A stretch of DNA of 64,000 nt from an uncultured cyanobacterium. GTDB lineage: Bacteria > Cyanobacteriota > Cyanobacteriia > Cyanobacteriales > Nostocaceae. Numbering within the stretch: the first letter of the stretch is position 1; every line of letters starts with the position of its first letter. Below, one piece after another: positions 62,268 to 64,000 of this stretch. The notes under the pieces are model-generated. The model ran no database searches. It saw only the letters and a list, made by a program, of their open reading frames with translations, and was not told the DNA's origin. The stretch covers positions 448,001-512,000 of the forward strand of contig CAVUDP010000004.1 in the NCBI GenBank assembly GCA_963740315.1, in the 5' to 3' direction. Position numbers and translations under genes: made by a program.

Positions 62268-63026
62268 TCAAGCTATTGCTAATTCAGCTTCTTTTTCCGA
62301 TGATTTATTATCTTCTGCTAAGGAAGGCGTGTTATCTTTGCTTTGCAACTTGCTTGTAACAAACGCCGTCACGGCATTAACTTTACGCGATCGCCATTCA
62401 TCAACAAGTTGCTGCACTTGAGTTGCACTCATTCGCCGCGTCATTGCTTCGTAAAGATATGCTGCATGAGTTGTTTCATCTTGAGCAATGCTGAGCATCC
62501 CCGATTTGAGGTTACGCGCTTTAGCATCATTTTCTGGTAAAGCTTTCGCCATACGAGCAAAGTCTTTACTAGCATCCAACTCTAATATGTAGGTGCTAGC
62601 TATAAACACATCCCACTCAATAAACTCTGCTTTTAATTGTTCCGCTTCGTAACCTTCATAGTATGCAGCGAAAAAGGGACTGCGGCGTTGTTTTGATTTC
62701 TTTTCACTCTTTTCTTCGCTTGTATCTTTATTAGTATTTTTAAAGTCTTTAACTTTTTTATCAAGCAGTTTGAGTGCGTGAGCAAAAATTTGTCCGTGTC
62801 TATTTTCATCTTCTGCGTGAACAGCTAATTTTTCCGCAAGCCATGTATCACCTTCATCAGCAGCACGTTGACTAAGATTAGTTAAAAAAGGAACGGAACC
62901 GGATTCTACTAACTGGAATCCTGCTAAAAGATTTGGACGGGTTTTAATATCGCGGATTTGAAGAGCGCTAAAATAAGCACTTGCACCAGAACCCGCTAAA
63001 TGCAATATATAGGTAAGAAGATTCAT
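62268..63026 (-). CDS. Ferritin-like (diiron carboxylate) domain protein
   Basis: Two DExxH motifs (AEDENRHG, AQDETTHA) plus upstream Glu ligands (VESG, ILELD). Confidence 0.85.
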   Translation of the reverse strand: MNLLTYILHLAGSGASAYFSALQIRDIKTRPNLLAGFQLVESGSVPFLTNLSQRAADEGDTWLAEKLAVHAEDENRHGQIFAHALKLLDKKVKDFKNTNKDTSEEKSEKKSKQRRSPFFAAYYEGYEAEQLKAEFIEWDVFIASTYILELDASKDFARMAKALPENDAKARNLKSGMLSIAQDETTHAAYLYEAMTRRMSATQVQQLVDEWRSRKVNAVTAFVTSKLQSKDNTPSLAEDNKSSEKEAELAIA

Positions 63027-63082
63027 AGTTAATTGTTAGTTGTTAGTTAGTTGAAGAACTTGCACTCGCAGGGTGCTGTTAA

Positions 63083-63427
63083 TCAATTATCGTTCATTTC
63101 TAATTGAGAAACTCGTTTCTGTAATTCTTTTACATCCTGTTTTAATTCAATTACCAAAGTTGCTAGTCTATCAAACATTTTGTCACGTTGTTGCTGCGAT
63201 AATTTTCTGGGGCTACGCTGGGGTAGAGGATTATTGGGGATTTTTGGTGATGAAGCAACTCGATTTAACTGCGTTTCGATACGGTTTACTTGCGATTCTA
63301 AACGGTAAAATTGCGATTCTAAATTATTAAAACGCGATTCTAACAATCCAGAAAAAGCCGTATCGGAAAGTAAACCACCCCAAATTATTATTACTAAAAT
63401 TGTTGTGAGCAATAAGTTTTTAAACAT
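63083..63427 (-). CDS. Hypothetical exported or anchored coiled-coil protein
   Basis: N-terminal hydrophobic segment; RFNNLESQFYRLESQV and MFDRLATLVIELKQ helices. Confidence 0.75.
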   Translation of the reverse strand: MFKNLLLTTILVIIIWGGLLSDTAFSGLLESRFNNLESQFYRLESQVNRIETQLNRVASSPKIPNNPLPQRSPRKLSQQQRDKMFDRLATLVIELKQDVKELQKRVSQLEMNDN

Positions 63428-63432
63428 GGAGT

Positions 63433-63625
63433 GGGGGAGATGGGGAGATGGGGAGATGGGGAGATGGGGAGATGGGGAGATGGGGAGATGGGGAGATGGG
63501 GAGATGGGGAGATGGGGAGATGGGGAGATGGGGAGTACTTCGACAAGTCTTACAGTGAGCTACGTCGAACTGCTCAGTAACCTTTGGGGAGATGGGGAGA
63601 TGGGGAGATGGGGAGATGGGGAGAT
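63433..63625. repeat. (TGGGGAGA)n octamer tandem array (about 13 + 5 copies) interrupted by a small dispersed repeat
   Basis: Direct reading; insert at 63536-63584. Confidence 0.92.
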
Positions 63626-63636
63626 AATTTCTTAAT

Positions 63637-63734
63637 TCCTAGCTCCTAACTCATAATTCCTAACTCATAACTTCTAACTCATAACTCATAACTCATAACT
63701 CATAACTCCTAACTCCTAACTCCTAACTCCTAAC
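63637..63734. repeat. STRR-type heptamer array (TCCTAAC/TCATAAC) x14
   Basis: Direct reading; overlaps the stop codon of the adjacent CDS. Confidence 0.9.
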
Positions 63735-64000
63735 TATTAAATCGTCTGGTTTCAGTTGAGAAAACAATTTTTCCCAATCTATATAGTTAGCATTACTTTC
63801 TCCTTCTTTTACTTCAAAGGTGACATTAGAAGCTAATGGTTGTTGTAGGGCTTGTACGCAAAGTTTGGCAATGTCTTCGCGGCTAATTTTGCCCTTAATA
63901 TTATCGCCTTGCTCAAAAATTAATTCTTTTCCACCTGGTTCTTCTGTCAAAGCACATGGTCTAATTATAGTGTAAGGAATTCCACTTTGTCTTAAACTAT
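63723..64000 (-). CDS. C-terminal part of an NAD(P)H-binding (CIA30/NmrA-like SDR) protein; 5' end outside window
   Basis: SLRQSGIPYTIIRPCALTEEPGG..QGDNIKGKISREDIA. Confidence 0.82.
   Translation of the reverse strand, partial: SLRQSGIPYTIIRPCALTEEPGGKELIFEQGDNIKGKISREDIAKLCVQALQQPLASNVTFEVKEGESNANYIDWEKLFSQLKPDDLIVRS

Noticed and set aside
63405..63635. ORF encoding (GRWGDGEM)n
   Set aside because: Translation artefact of the TGGGGAGA tandem repeat
63433..63734. Possible CRISPR array
   Set aside because: 7-8-nt tandem units without unique spacers; no cas genes in the window

Overview
AT-rich cyanobacterial chromosomal window. Recurrent HIP1 octamers (GCGATCGC), STRR-type short tandem repeats and small dispersed palindromes suggest a filamentous, probably heterocyst-forming strain (inference). 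About 47 kb (9455-56144, all minus strand) is one large cell-surface polysaccharide locus. It combines Wzx/Wzy-type genes, a Wzm/Wzt ABC exporter, a WecB/TagA glycosyltransferase, about 15 further glycosyltransferases, a complete CMP-Kdo pathway (kdsD/A/C/B), glf, two MBOAT+SGNH-like acylation pairs, a GtrB/DedA/GT-C trio and a multidomain SGNH-RTX protein. Flanking genes include a frameshifted wzc, tRNA-Gln(UUG), a 2OG/Fe dioxygenase, a secreted GH30-like hydrolase, tRNA-Leu(CAA), an M48 peptidase, murA, tRNA-Leu(CAG), a TrmH-family methyltransferase and a ferritin-like protein. Most notable observations: (1) a 64-aa very basic ORF with a KGKG motif whose intrinsic terminator falls inside the ORF before the stop codon is complete, the hallmark of tmRNA-controlled alternative ribosome-rescue factors (ArfA/BrfA logic); (2) a CDS whose C-terminus is encoded by the 5' end of a same-strand tRNA; (3) a candidate non-canonical Kdo transferase; (4) three of four single-base gene lesions sit at overlapping TCGA/GATC sites. 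No CRISPR array, rRNA, integrase or transposase was seen. All product calls come from motif recognition only, with no database searches.
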